Shown piece after piece: positions 1 to 10,409 of a stretch of 64,000 nt of DNA. This DNA is from a virus (lineage: Duplodnaviria; Caudoviricetes): the IMG/VR virus record IMGVR_UViG_3300033072_000232, positions 17,777 through 81,776 of that record. The stretch is one strand, 5' to 3'. Each line of letters opens with the position of its first letter. Positions within the stretch are counted from its first letter, which is position 1. The translations under genes and the position numbers were made by a program. A model generated the notes under the pieces. That model saw nothing but the letters and a program-made list of their open reading frames with translations. It ran no database searches and had not been told where the DNA came from.

Positions 1-26
1 GGGTTATTTTCTTAATCTACTTCGTT

Positions 27-425
27 TTAATCTACGATTGCAATATTCATATCTCGGAAGAAAGCACTAAGCCTTGTTCGTTCTTTTTGATTATAAGCCA
101 TTTCATGAAGAACCTTTGCTTTACCTTTGCTTGTACTCTGTCCTGTTAATACCTTCAGGTTTTCTTTTAGTAGTTCATCATTACTGACTAAGATTGTGAT
201 CTGTTTACAGAATGTTAGTTGCACAGTACCTAATAGGTTAAGCATTAAATCAGATGAACTAATAGTAGCTAGGCTTTCACTTCCTTTGTTCTTAGGTTTC
301 CAATCGTCATCATCTGACCATTGAAGGTTCATGTTGTAGTACTTCAGTTCAAGATAACTATCTACATAATCAATATCAATAAACAAGGTCAGGTGTTCAT
401 TGTTAGGGATATGTTTACTTTGCAT
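27..425 (-). CDS. hypothetical protein (132 aa), antisense to head module
   Basis: ORF with AAGGAG SD before the ATG and a consensus promoter upstream. Confidence 0.7.
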   Translation of the reverse strand: MQSKHIPNNEHLTLFIDIDYVDSYLELKYYNMNLQWSDDDDWKPKNKGSESLATISSSDLMLNLLGTVQLTFCKQITILVSNDELLKENLKVLTGQSTSKGKAKVLHEMAYNQKERTRLSAFFRDMNIAIVD

Positions 426-575
426 AAGACTCCTTTGTTTAGATACTAAGACACTACTATAACACAGTATTACTACTTCAGTTATATCTTAGTATAACTT
501 AATATACTGAAGTTAGATTCTGAAGTTGAGTTCCTTGTTGCTTAACCCTTGTTCCCTACCCTGTTCCTGCCACAA

Positions 576-603
576 ATTATACAGTACTACTGGATTCTGT
601 CAA
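576..603 (-). promoter_or_regulatory. consensus sigma70 promoter
   Basis: Minus strand TTGACA-16 nt-TATAAT. Confidence 0.8.
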
Positions 604-832
604 GTACCGTTCGTCAAGAAAGTTATAAACTTTATACAAGACTGATTTAAACGGCCTACAAGGTGTTTTAAGCAAGCTAGGCTACGTTTGTATTCCCTAG
701 AGCAAACAAACGCTTCTACGATGGTTTAAACGCTTCCTAGACGTACTGTGTAAGCACTGGTTTGAAGTATACACCAGAAATCATAGGAAACATCAGGAAT
801 TTCTACCTTAGTTTTATACTATCGTTAGAATT

Positions 833-864
833 TACTTGATTATAAATTTATATCATGATAAAAT
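833..864 (+). promoter_or_regulatory. putative late promoter, motif TACTTGAWW..CATGATAAAAT
   Basis: TTGATT-17-TAAAAT with extended TG; same motif at 9290-9321 and 53457-53488. Confidence 0.75.
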
Positions 865-909
865 TATATTTAATTGTGGCTTGTCCACAACACAAACAAA
901 GGAGTATCA

Positions 910-1656
910 ATGACAGCTATTACTGTAACTGAAGCTATTAAAAATAATCAGATGCGCGGCATTGCCCTTGGTACTAAGTTCGGTTACGAAGTAAAAGTAA
1001 TTAAGGATTTTGATTCAGAGTTATCTATTGATGATATTAGGATTCTTTATCAGAAACTATCTTCATTAGAAAAAAGCTATAAGCCTTTACAACGGTTAGA
1101 TGAGAATAACAAACTAACAAAATCTACCGTTGAATTTTTAGCTAATGGTGGCTCTGCTGCTTTAGCTTTTTCTAGGCTTGAATTGCGTAAAGCAGGTATT
1201 CTAAAAAGTTACTCTAAAGATATTCCTGATTCTGAACTTAATAAAGAAGAAGAATTACCAAAGATTGAAATGCAAGTAGCTAAAGCATTAAATGAAGAAT
1301 TGATGCAAGTAACCTATGTTGCAATGAAAGCAGACAGTACAGATTTACACGGTGACTATACAACTGCTGATGAAGTACGCAAGGCTAAAGAATCATTTAA
1401 TAAAGCACTGATTCAGAAGCAAACAATGTCTAATCTGTTTCATATGTTTGAGACAACATCCTTCGATGTTATAGAGAGCTATCTAGCACCTGCTGATATG
1501 TCTTTAAATGGTAATCTTGTACAGAAATCAGACTGGCTTATGACATTGCAAATAAATGACGAGTCTCTTTGGAATATGGTTAAAAAAGGTGAAGTAGTAG
1601 GATTATCAATCGGTGCTGTTGCTTCTGTTGAAACAATTGAAGAAAGTAAAGAATGA
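910..1656 (+). CDS. XkdF-like putative prohead serine protease
   Basis: C-terminal DSTDLHGD..FHMF..GLSIG pattern of XkdF-type proteases; position before scaffold and capsid; start moved to ATG 910 after GGAG. Confidence 0.75.
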   Translation: MTAITVTEAIKNNQMRGIALGTKFGYEVKVIKDFDSELSIDDIRILYQKLSSLEKSYKPLQRLDENNKLTKSTVEFLANGGSAALAFSRLELRKAGILKSYSKDIPDSELNKEEELPKIEMQVAKALNEELMQVTYVAMKADSTDLHGDYTTADEVRKAKESFNKALIQKQTMSNLFHMFETTSFDVIESYLAPADMSLNGNLVQKSDWLMTLQINDESLWNMVKKGEVVGLSIGAVASVETIEESKE

Positions 1657-2723
1657 AACCTAAACGCAAACTAAGTAATATTGATTTCAGCAAAGATGGT
1701 GCACATATTGCACTATGCCATAAAGATCAAGGTGTGGCAAACGGTGCTGATTATGCGCTTGTACTGAAAGCCCAAACATTCTCTGATGAATTTATTGAGA
1801 AGATTCAGCAAGTAAAAGTAACGATGGAACTTCCAGATTTCCTATCAAAATTCTTCGGCATTTATGAGTCTGATGCTGAAATCTTAGCTTATATGATGGG
1901 TTATGTAGAGCCTGTAGAAACCCAAGCTGATGAGAAGATGGAAGCTGAAGAAGATTTTCAAGATTGGGTTAAGTCTAGGATGGAATCTTTTGAGATTATT
2001 AAGTCATTAGCAGAGACAGATAACTTTACTTCTGTTCTATCTGGACTTACTGAAGATGAGTATCTGTCTATTGTGAACGATCAAGCAATGCTAGAAAAAG
2101 CATTTACTAAAGCTGAAAAACAAAAACAAGAACTTGAAGCTAAGACTAAACTAGAAAAACAAAAACCTAAAGTCAAAGCTGTTAAGTCAATCAAAGAATC
2201 TCCTGCGGTTACTACTGTAACACAGGCTGATGTTAATGCCTCTACCGTGCAGCACGAGGTTAAAGAAGGTAAGGGCAACAGCCCTGTTGTTAAATCAAAA
2301 TCTAAGGAAAAACTAATGCCTGATGTAAAAGTAGTCGAGCAAGTAGTGGAAACTGAAATGATTGAGAAAAGTCAATTTGATGCTATTCAAAAGCAAGCAA
2401 ATGAAACTCAAGAGCTTCTGAAGTCTGCTATGCAAGAACTAGAACTATTTAAAGCAGAAAAACAAGCACTTATTGTGAAAGCTCGTAAACAAGCTGTAGC
2501 AGATGTACTTAAAGATGCAGCTAAGTCTGATGCTTTATTTAATGCAATCCAAACTCTAAATGACGAGCAATTTGATTCAGTAGTTTCTGTAATCAAGTCT
2601 CTATCCGAACAAGTAGAGAAATCTGAAATGTTCACTGAAAAAGGTGTTACTGTAGAAGAAACAGTAGAAGCACCACAAGAATCTGCTGTAGCCCGAATCT
2701 TGAAATCACAATTCTCTAAGTAA
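1653..2723 (+). CDS. capsid scaffolding / head assembly protein
   Basis: Acidic coiled-coil protein between protease and decoration/capsid genes. Confidence 0.65.
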   Translation: MKPKRKLSNIDFSKDGAHIALCHKDQGVANGADYALVLKAQTFSDEFIEKIQQVKVTMELPDFLSKFFGIYESDAEILAYMMGYVEPVETQADEKMEAEEDFQDWVKSRMESFEIIKSLAETDNFTSVLSGLTEDEYLSIVNDQAMLEKAFTKAEKQKQELEAKTKLEKQKPKVKAVKSIKESPAVTTVTQADVNASTVQHEVKEGKGNSPVVKSKSKEKLMPDVKVVEQVVETEMIEKSQFDAIQKQANETQELLKSAMQELELFKAEKQALIVKARKQAVADVLKDAAKSDALFNAIQTLNDEQFDSVVSVIKSLSEQVEKSEMFTEKGVTVEETVEAPQESAVARILKSQFSK

Positions 2724-2738
2724 TAAGGAAATTATAAA

Positions 2739-3137
2739 ATGACAATTCTTGCAACTGACACAAAACGCCTAAGCAATCTGCTGAAGGCTGAACTCTGGGC
2801 AGAGCTAGGCTATTGCCGCGAAGTCGTTACCGTAAACGAAGCTGCTGCTAAAACATACGCTGTTGGTACAGTACTAGGTAAAGTAACCGCTGATGGTAAA
2901 TATAAGATTGCAGTACAAACTGCTGTGGACGGTAGTGATGCTGCTGCAGCTATCGTACTGGAAGATAAAGCAATTGCAGCTACTACTGATACTAAGCTAG
3001 TAGTTCTTGTAAAAGGCCCTGCTGCTATTTCCAAAGGTGCTCTAGTTCTAGACGCATCATACAACCTAGATGCAGAAAAGAATGTTGTATACGCTGCTCT
3101 AGAAGCCAAGAACATTCAAGTTCTTGAAACTGTTTAA
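2739..3137 (+). CDS. head decoration protein
   Basis: 132 aa, GTVLGKVTADGKY motif typical of lambda gpD-like decoration proteins; precedes capsid gene. Confidence 0.75.
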   Translation: MTILATDTKRLSNLLKAELWAELGYCREVVTVNEAAAKTYAVGTVLGKVTADGKYKIAVQTAVDGSDAAAAIVLEDKAIAATTDTKLVVLVKGPAAISKGALVLDASYNLDAEKNVVYAALEAKNIQVLETV

Positions 3138-3153
3138 TATAAGGAGCATATAA

Positions 3154-4182
3154 ATGCCTATTACACGTTCATATACTAATGCTTTCGACGTTGTTGATTA
3201 TACAGCCGAATTAGCCCTCGTGCCCACTAAGTGGTCGCTACTAAACGATGCCGGTGTTTTCAGTGAAGAATCCGTAGCTACCAATACTGTCACCTTTGAG
3301 GAAATTTCTCAGACAGCCACTCTGATTGGCGACCAATTCCGTGGTGCAAAACCTCAAGCAAATAGTGACGACTCTCGTAAGATTCATGCTTACAATATCG
3401 CTCACTTCCCTGTTGTTGATTATATCACCCCTGCCGACATTCAAGGCAAACGGGCATATGGCTCTACAGATGCTGCTGAGACGGAGGCGGCGGTGCTTGC
3501 CCGGAAGATGGCTCGTATTTCACGCGCAATGGATGATACTCTAGAACTTGCACGTTTCCGCACACTAGCTACTCTTACAGCCTATACCCCTAACGGTACT
3601 ATTACTGCTTCTAACTTTGCTACCGATTTTGGTGTAACCCAAAAGACTGTTGACTTTGTACTAAGTACAGCAGGTACTGACATTATCGGCAAGACGGAAG
3701 AGGTCGTGGCCCACATTCAAGATAACGCACAAGGTACTAACGTAACTGGTGTTATTGGTTATGCTTCTCCTGAATATTTTGCAAAGCTAATTGCTCATGC
3801 TAAAGTAACTCAGGCGTATCAGTACTACCAAGCAGTCGCTGGTCAGGAGATTCTACGAAATCGTGCTGGTAACGACATGAGCATGTATCGTACTTTCACT
3901 TACGGTGGTGTGAAGTTCATTGAAGTTCGTGGTTCCATTGGTGGTGTTCGTCTAGTCCCAGCTAACGATTGTATCTTTGTCCCTCAAGGTGCAGACGATA
4001 TGTTCGTAACGTACTTCGGCAATGGTAACAAGATGGATTTGGTTAACACATTAGGTGAGAAACGCTACCTGTGGGTTTATCGCAGTCCTAAAGGTGAATC
4101 AATTGACATTGAAGCTGAGTCTAACTTCATCAACATTGTTCGCCGTCCAGCACTGGTTGTGCGCGGTCTGACTTCTAACTAA
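3154..4182 (+). CDS. major capsid protein (lambda gpE-like family)
   Basis: 342 aa, size, motifs and position; followed by a strong terminator. Confidence 0.85.
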   Translation: MPITRSYTNAFDVVDYTAELALVPTKWSLLNDAGVFSEESVATNTVTFEEISQTATLIGDQFRGAKPQANSDDSRKIHAYNIAHFPVVDYITPADIQGKRAYGSTDAAETEAAVLARKMARISRAMDDTLELARFRTLATLTAYTPNGTITASNFATDFGVTQKTVDFVLSTAGTDIIGKTEEVVAHIQDNAQGTNVTGVIGYASPEYFAKLIAHAKVTQAYQYYQAVAGQEILRNRAGNDMSMYRTFTYGGVKFIEVRGSIGGVRLVPANDCIFVPQGADDMFVTYFGNGNKMDLVNTLGEKRYLWVYRSPKGESIDIEAESNFINIVRRPALVVRGLTSN

Positions 4183-4200
4183 TACTTAGATTGTAGCTCA

Positions 4201-4226
4201 AAGGGATTCTTCGGAGTCCCTTTTAT
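4201..4226 (+). terminator. rho-independent terminator after capsid gene
   Basis: AAGGGATTC-TTCG-GAGTCCCTT followed by T run. Confidence 0.85.
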
Positions 4227-4243
4227 GGTATAATTTGGTTTTA

Positions 4244-4320
4244 ACTCATGGCTAGGCTGATCCCCGAAAAGAGAACTATCCACTCTCCTGCCACTGAGTA
4301 ATTGGTGGATGTTTCGGGAG
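4244..4320 (+). promoter_or_regulatory. structured 5-prime leader of endonuclease gene with anti-SD pairing
   Basis: Stem ACTCATGG/CCACTGAGT; loop CCCGAAA complementary to TTTCGGG over the SD; TGgTATAAT extended -10 at 4226-4234. Confidence 0.5.
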
Positions 4321-4325
4321 AAGCT

Positions 4326-5375
4326 ATGGAAGAAAAGTTACACTATGTGTATGTTCATTTACTAGATGGTAACATTAGATATGTCGGCATTGGCAGGAAA
4401 TATCAAAATGATACTAAATATACTCGTGCAAATATCTTCAGTCCAAGTGTAAGAACTAAAGAGTGGCGAGCTATATTTAAAGATACAAAACCAGAGGTTA
4501 AGATTCTTGAAGAAAATTTAGAGTACATGGATGCAATATCCCTTGAGAATTACATATATCATTCATGTAAAGAAAATAATTTAGCGAATATTACAGAACC
4601 AAAACCTGTTGCTGAATTGGATTACAAGTATTTTAAACACTGGTTTTATGTTGATGAAACAAGTCCATCAGGATTACGCGTTAACACATCACATAAGAAC
4701 AACCAAATGTCCAATCGACATGATGTGGCGGGAAGTATCGCCACAACTGTACAAGGTAAATCGTATTGGCGGGTCAAAGCAAATGGTATAGGTTATCTCG
4801 CTCACAGAGTTGTATACCTACTTTCATATGGTAAGATTAGTTCTACAAAAGTTATCAACCATATTGATGGTAATGGTCTTAATAACTCACTATCTAATCT
4901 TGAAGAAATCTCACAAGAACTAAACTGCTACAAGAAGAAAAATACAGTTTTGAATAATGTAGGTATCAAAGGAGCCTCATTTGTTAAATACAAAGGTAAA
5001 ACTGTTAGTATTTCAGCTAAGTTTTGTAGAGTTACTAAATCCTTTTGCATTGATTTATTTGGAGATATTGACTCAACAATAAGTGCGGTGTTACGTTGGC
5101 AGATGTATCAACAATATAAAGCAGGTATGCTTCAGTATAAAGATATTGAACCAATCCTCCATCTTTTGCTAGAAGATAAGAGAAAAACTGATGGCGTACA
5201 AGGTAAGTATCAACCATTGGAATTGAAATCTGGGCTATGGAGTGTCAGAGTACCAAATGGCCCATCTGTAAAGTATTCAACACTTACTGGTTTCAGTTCA
5301 AAGATTGAAGCTGAGGTAGCTAGAGATTTATATATCAAAGAACTTAATGAGAAGTTAATTACTTCTTTAGACTAA
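4326..5375 (+). mobile_element. free-standing homing endonuclease, GIY-YIG-like + HNH + AP2-like domains
   Basis: YVYVH..RYVGIG N-terminus; HRVVY..INHIDGNGLNN..NL HNH motif. Confidence 0.8.
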
Positions 5376-5384
5376 AGGAAAACA

Positions 5385-5825
5385 ATGGCTACATCTACTG
5401 AAATTCTATACGTTCGTTATGAACTAGCAGATACTGACCCTGCTTTACCTTTAATGTCAGATGATGAGATAGATTATTTTCTGACCAAACACTCAGGTTC
5501 TATCCCAAGAGCAAGTATTGATGTAGCTCGTGCTGCTTTGTTTAAACTAAGCATGAATTCCAATGATGAGCAAGTTGATATATTCTCCATCAAAGGCTCA
5601 AAAAGTTCAAATGCGTATAAAGAAGCACTGATGTTATACATCAAGAACAATGCTCTGAATCCAATTAACCAAACATTAAGTGGCTATGTAGGTGGTGTAT
5701 ATAAAGATGATATGCTAGCTAATGACTTGGATACTAACAACAATTTAGTACCTAATCCTTCTAGCGATACATTAGTTATTAAAGTATCTTCACCGTTATC
5801 TGAATCTGATTACTTTTCTGCGTGA
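5385..5825 (+). CDS. head-tail adaptor/connector
   Basis: VRYELAD...MSDDEIDYFL N-terminus and position. Confidence 0.65.
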   Translation: MATSTEILYVRYELADTDPALPLMSDDEIDYFLTKHSGSIPRASIDVARAALFKLSMNSNDEQVDIFSIKGSKSSNAYKEALMLYIKNNALNPINQTLSGYVGGVYKDDMLANDLDTNNNLVPNPSSDTLVIKVSSPLSESDYFSA

Positions 5826-5832
5826 GGATTAG

Positions 5833-6192
5833 ATGAATAAATTCTTACTAGCAGCTAAGAACGCAATAAACAAGCACGGTACTACTTGTAGCTACATTAA
5901 AGTAACTCAAGGTACTTATGATGTAAGCCTAGGTAGTGTTACAAATACTGAGACTTCCGTAAGTATTAAAGCATATAAGAAACATCTGAAAGCTACTCAG
6001 TTTAGCTATCCTAACTTGATCGGAAAAGACATTGCTTTATTTTATATTACCGCTGATTCCCTTGTGGTTTATTCTCCCGATACCAATGACAAAATCACTT
6101 TCGGTTCAAACACCTATACAGTCGATCAAGTCCAAGAACATTCCGCACTCGGAGAAGTAGTCCTTTATCGTATTCTTGCTGTTAAGGGTTGA
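5833..6192 (+). CDS. head closure protein
   Basis: 119 aa, neck module position. Confidence 0.6.
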   Translation: MNKFLLAAKNAINKHGTTCSYIKVTQGTYDVSLGSVTNTETSVSIKAYKKHLKATQFSYPNLIGKDIALFYITADSLVVYSPDTNDKITFGSNTYTVDQVQEHSALGEVVLYRILAVKG

Positions 6193-6194
6193 TT

Positions 6195-6683
6195 ATGATT
6201 AAAGCTAGTACAACTAAAATAGAACAACAACTAGCTGAATATAAAGCAACAGTAGAACGCAAACTAAAACACATGGTTACTAAGTTTGCGTATGAGATAG
6301 CACAGACCGCAATAGGATTTACTCCTTTAGGTGATGCAAGTGAAGGTTCAAGGTATGAGTGGTTATATAAGCTACGTACTGACCTACCACAAGAAGAAGG
6401 TATTGCCAGAGGTAATTGGAGATTTAGCTTTGATAAGAATGTGGATGTTCAAGAAATATCAGGGAAAGACTCTGGAAGTGAAGCATTAAGATTATTCCAA
6501 TCTCAAGCAAGTGCTTATAAGCTAGGTCAGACTTTCTATATCTTAAACTCTGCACCTTATATCTCTGCTCTGGAGGTTGATTCTTCACTACAAACTAATG
6601 GACAAGGTATTGAGAAACCTACTAATGATTTAGTAATGGCTACTTACAAAGCTAACCTACAAGAATACTATAAACAAGGATAA
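6195..6683 (+). CDS. neck / tail completion protein (HK97 gp10-like)
   Basis: TP..G.ARGNW and N.APY motifs. Confidence 0.65.
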   Translation: MIKASTTKIEQQLAEYKATVERKLKHMVTKFAYEIAQTAIGFTPLGDASEGSRYEWLYKLRTDLPQEEGIARGNWRFSFDKNVDVQEISGKDSGSEALRLFQSQASAYKLGQTFYILNSAPYISALEVDSSLQTNGQGIEKPTNDLVMATYKANLQEYYKQG

Positions 6684-6684
6684 C

Positions 6685-7092
6685 ATGACTTCACCTATTC
6701 TATCTACAAAGAAAGCAGCGGAAGCAAGGTTAGCTACGTTGAGTATCCCTACTGCGTATGAAAACGCTGAATTTAAACCTACATCAGGTCAGAAGTATTT
6801 GCATGTTCAATTTGATATTCGTACTCCTGATGACCCTGTAATTGGGGATGTTTACTACAGAGAAAGAATATCATTTCAGGTATTTGTTTGTGATGTATTA
6901 AACAAAGGTACTGCTAGTGCTATTACTACAGCAGAACAAATCAGAGACTTATTCAAGAAGGGTACTTCTCTGACTCAGGATGGTTACAGTATTTATGTAT
7001 TGGAAACTCCTAGGATTTCAGGGTCTATTAAGACTAATGATCGACTTGTATTACCGGTGCTAATAGACTTAGTAGTGGACGTGTTCTTATGA
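6685..7092 (+). CDS. tail terminator protein
   Basis: AYENAEFKP..FQVFV..G pattern; position before tail tube gene. Confidence 0.65.
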   Translation: MTSPILSTKKAAEARLATLSIPTAYENAEFKPTSGQKYLHVQFDIRTPDDPVIGDVYYRERISFQVFVCDVLNKGTASAITTAEQIRDLFKKGTSLTQDGYSIYVLETPRISGSIKTNDRLVLPVLIDLVVDVFL

Positions 7093-7982
7093 AATATGTG
7101 GTTTACGTTCACAAGGATAACTGTGGAACTATATTCTATGTTGGGCATGGGACTATGAAAAGAGCCTACAGTCTTGAGCTATCCGAAACCTCTGGTAAAG
7201 GAACTGGTCGCGGTAAGAAATACTCAGAGTTTGTAAAGTCTATTTCTTTTGATTATACTTGTGAAGTAATTAAATCCAATATGACTAAGAAAGAGGCGGA
7301 AGAGTATGAGTGCAATTTATATGATGTTCTAATAGAAAAATACGCACTTGTAAACAGTAATAGACCTAGTATTCAGTTTGATTTTTCTAAAGCTGAATTA
7401 GATGAACGATTTGTTTACGATGAAACCTCACCATCTTGTCTAAGATGGAGATTCGACAGATTTAATAAGTGTAAAGTTAAGGTGGCATCATCTGGTGACT
7501 GCGCTGGGCATTTAGCAGCAAATGGGTATTATGTTGTAAAATTTAATAACAGAACAATAAAAATACACAGGATAATTGCAACAATTTTTAACTTAGATAT
7601 TGAAAATAAATTTATTGATCATATAAACGGTTGTAGATCGGACAATAGACTATTAAATTTACGAGCTGTTACCCCTCTTGAGAACTCACATAATAAGAGA
7701 ATTTCAAAGAACTCAAGTTCTGGTATACCGGGAGTAACTTACTCTGCTAGGTATGATAGGTGGCGTGCATCTATAAGTTATGACGATAAAGAACATTGTA
7801 CGTACTTCTCTTGTAAGAAGCATGGGTTCGATGCTGCAAGAGATTTAGCAATCTCATACAGATTAGCACAACTTAATCTACTCAAAGAAAATGGTGTCAA
7901 GTACACCGATAGACACCTAGGTGTAGAACAGGAACCTGAACCTGATAATCAGGTCATTTTGCAAAATGAAAATTTAAATTAA
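7089..7982 (+). mobile_element. free-standing homing endonuclease, GIY-YIG-like + HNH + AP2
   Basis: YVVYVH..FYVGHG; IHRII..IDHINGCRSDNRLLNLR; GVTY..WRASI. Confidence 0.85.
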
Positions 7983-7993
7983 GGAAATAAAAT

Positions 7994-9208
7994 ATGGCAA
8001 CATTAGCTCGTGGCGTTTCAAAACGCTTAGCATATAAAAAAGAAGGTAATGGTTGGGGTGTACTAGCTGGTGATACTGGTGGTAAAGTACTTCGTCGAGT
8101 AACATCTGACTTCAATCTTACGAAAGAAAATTACACGTCAAATGAGGTGCGTCCTGATATGCAAGTAGCCACCTTTGAGCACGGTGTACGCAGTGCAACT
8201 GGTAGTCTAAGTGGTGAACTATCCCCAGGTACTTATGTTGATTTCATGGGCAGTTTGGTGGCTAAGGATTTCGTTGCAGTTACAGCAATTACTGGGGTGA
8301 GCATTACTATTGCTACATCAGGTTCTTTGTTTACTCTAACCCGTGCAGCTGGTTCATTCGTATCTGGTGGTATTATGGTAGGTGATATTGTGCGCCTAAC
8401 CGCTGGTACATTCAATGCCGCTAACTCAAATAACAACTTACTGGTAGTTGCTGTTACAGCACTAGCACTTACCGTACGTGTACTGTCTAGTACTACTCTA
8501 GTAGCCGAAGGTCCGATTGCCTCTGCAACTCTTTCAGTAATCGGTAAGAAAACTGAAGTACCTCTAACAGGTCATACTGATCAGTCTTATTCTATCGAAG
8601 AATTCTATCAGGATATTGCTCAATCTGAAGTATACACTGGTAATAAAGTAGGTAGTATGGCTGTGTCTATGCCTGCTACTGGTTTTGCTACGGTAGACTT
8701 CTCATTCATGGGTAAAGACCTTGGTCTGACAGGTACTACTGGTTACTTCACTACTCCTACTGCTGCATCTACTACTGGTGTTGTTGCTGGCGTAAACGGT
8801 GCTGTAGTAGTTAACGGTACTCCTGTTGCTGTTATTACTGATGCTAACTTTACGGTTGACCGTCAGATGGAAGGTGCTACTGTACTAGGTAGTAACTCAC
8901 AAGCAGAAATCTTTACTGGTACTATCGGTGCTACTGGCTCTATGTCAGTATACTTCCAAGACGCTACGTTCCGCAGTTTCTTTGAAGCAGCTACTGAAGT
9001 ATCTGTTGTGTTTGCACTTACCACTGGCTCCGGTAAAGTAGCTGATGCTGTTAGCTTTACTTTCCCCCGTGTGAAGGTGAATTCTTTCACTAAGTCAGAT
9101 ACGGCAATGGGTTTGACCGCTTCTTGTGATTTTACAGCATTGCTAAACAGCACATCAGGCACAGGTCTACCTCTGACTACTATCCAGATTCAGGATACTT
9201 TAGCTTAA
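7994..9208 (+). CDS. major tail tube protein
   Basis: 404 aa, S/T/G/A-rich, follows tail terminator, own terminator downstream. Confidence 0.8.
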   Translation: MATLARGVSKRLAYKKEGNGWGVLAGDTGGKVLRRVTSDFNLTKENYTSNEVRPDMQVATFEHGVRSATGSLSGELSPGTYVDFMGSLVAKDFVAVTAITGVSITIATSGSLFTLTRAAGSFVSGGIMVGDIVRLTAGTFNAANSNNNLLVVAVTALALTVRVLSSTTLVAEGPIASATLSVIGKKTEVPLTGHTDQSYSIEEFYQDIAQSEVYTGNKVGSMAVSMPATGFATVDFSFMGKDLGLTGTTGYFTTPTAASTTGVVAGVNGAVVVNGTPVAVITDANFTVDRQMEGATVLGSNSQAEIFTGTIGATGSMSVYFQDATFRSFFEAATEVSVVFALTTGSGKVADAVSFTFPRVKVNSFTKSDTAMGLTASCDFTALLNSTSGTGLPLTTIQIQDTLA

Positions 9209-9225
9209 TTAAAAGCTAACTAACG

Positions 9226-9259
9226 AACCTCCTTGGTGAAAGCCTTGGGGGTTTTCTTA
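9226..9259 (+). terminator. rho-independent terminator
   Basis: AACCTCCTTGGT-GAAA-GCCTTGGGGGTT plus T run. Confidence 0.75.
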
Positions 9260-9289
9260 TTTGTACTTAGCATACATAACGTCGTTACT

Positions 9290-9321
9290 TACTTGATTAT
9301 TCCTTGACTGCATGATAAAAT
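9290..9321 (+). promoter_or_regulatory. putative late promoter (second copy)
   Basis: TACTTGATT-N-CATGATAAAAT, 17-nt spacer. Confidence 0.75.
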
Positions 9322-9412
9322 AGTTTCTTAGGTTAGCTAATTATAGAAGTGATTAGCTATTTTATTAACTGAAAAGAGAGCAAATCTTTTGATTTGTGAA
9401 AAGGAGAATTAT

Positions 9413-9838
9413 ATGGCAACAGCAAAAATGTTTGATTTAACAAAGAACGATCTATCTAAGGTAGCAGAAGCAGGTTATGAATTTGAGCTACTACTTCCCG
9501 GTAGTCTAGAACCTACTGGTGCTTTCATTACTGTACGTGGAGAACAGTCAGCTACTGTAAAAGCATACGGTCGTAAGAAATTCATGGAATACCAACAGAA
9601 GCAAAAGATTGCCAAGCGAAAGGGCAAGGATGATGACTTCGATCTAGACGAAGCAGAAGATGTTTCTATTGAGTCTGCATTTATTCGCATGATTGGTTGG
9701 AAAGGTATTGCTGAAGATGGTAAAGCAGTTGAATTCAACGAGGCCAACGTCAAGCGTATTCTGAAGCAGCACCCGTGGATTAAAGAACAGATTACTGAAG
9801 CTAGTTCTGAGTTGCTAAATTTTCAACCGAAGACCTAA
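9413..9838 (+). CDS. tail assembly chaperone (gpG-like)
   Basis: Between tail tube and tape measure; ends at a slippery site. Confidence 0.8.
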   Translation: MATAKMFDLTKNDLSKVAEAGYEFELLLPGSLEPTGAFITVRGEQSATVKAYGRKKFMEYQQKQKIAKRKGKDDDFDLDEAEDVSIESAFIRMIGWKGIAEDGKAVEFNEANVKRILKQHPWIKEQITEASSELLNFQPKT

Positions 9839-10227
9839 ATGAATTAGCTGAGTTTGCTGAACAAGAGTTTAGGTTAGGTTCAGCAAACGACCCAGAATCA
9901 CTTAGGTCTAAGCTATTAAGCGTAGAAAGACAGACAGGAAATACACCAGCAGAATTAGAAGATTTATTAGAATTACCTGAAATCAGTTATATGATTTGGA
10001 GTTATTTTATTGATCTAAATAATGCTAGACAATCTGGCATGAGTGTAAATCCTATTAGTTATTCAGAGATAGATGCTTACTTTAGATTAAATGATATTGT
10101 ACCGTTTGATTTTGAAGTAAAAGCTATCAAGACTTTGGATAACATAATGCTGAAAGTCTACTCTGAAAGGCAAAAAGAAGAGCAAGCGGATGCTGCAAAT
10201 AAGCAGAAAGCTAAAGGTAAGAAGTAA
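9817..10227 (+). CDS. -1 frameshift extension of tail chaperone (gpGT-like)
   Basis: Slippery A AAT TTT at 9817-9823; -1 frame stays open (FSTEDLNEL...) into the 9991-10227 ORF. Confidence 0.8.
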   Translation, partial: KFSTEDLNELAEFAEQEFRLGSANDPESLRSKLLSVERQTGNTPAELEDLLELPEISYMIWSYFIDLNNARQSGMSVNPISYSEIDAYFRLNDIVPFDFEVKAIKTLDNIMLKVYSERQKEEQADAANKQKAKGKK

Positions 10228-10235
10228 ATAACATT

Positions 10236-10269
10236 AACCTTCGTTTGTCTTAGATGAACGAGGGTTTTT
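10236..10269 (+). terminator. rho-independent terminator
   Basis: AACCTTCGTTTGTC-TTA-GATGAACGAGGGTT plus T run. Confidence 0.7.
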
Positions 10270-10409
10270 CTACGAATAGCTTTATAAAAGGCTACTGGTA
10301 GAAGATTACAAACCAAGATTATACAAGGAGTAATTAACCTTGTTAAAACAGTATTCCCTTGTACTGCATCTTGGTTTACCTATTTATCAAGGAGACATTA
10401 GGGAGTTAT

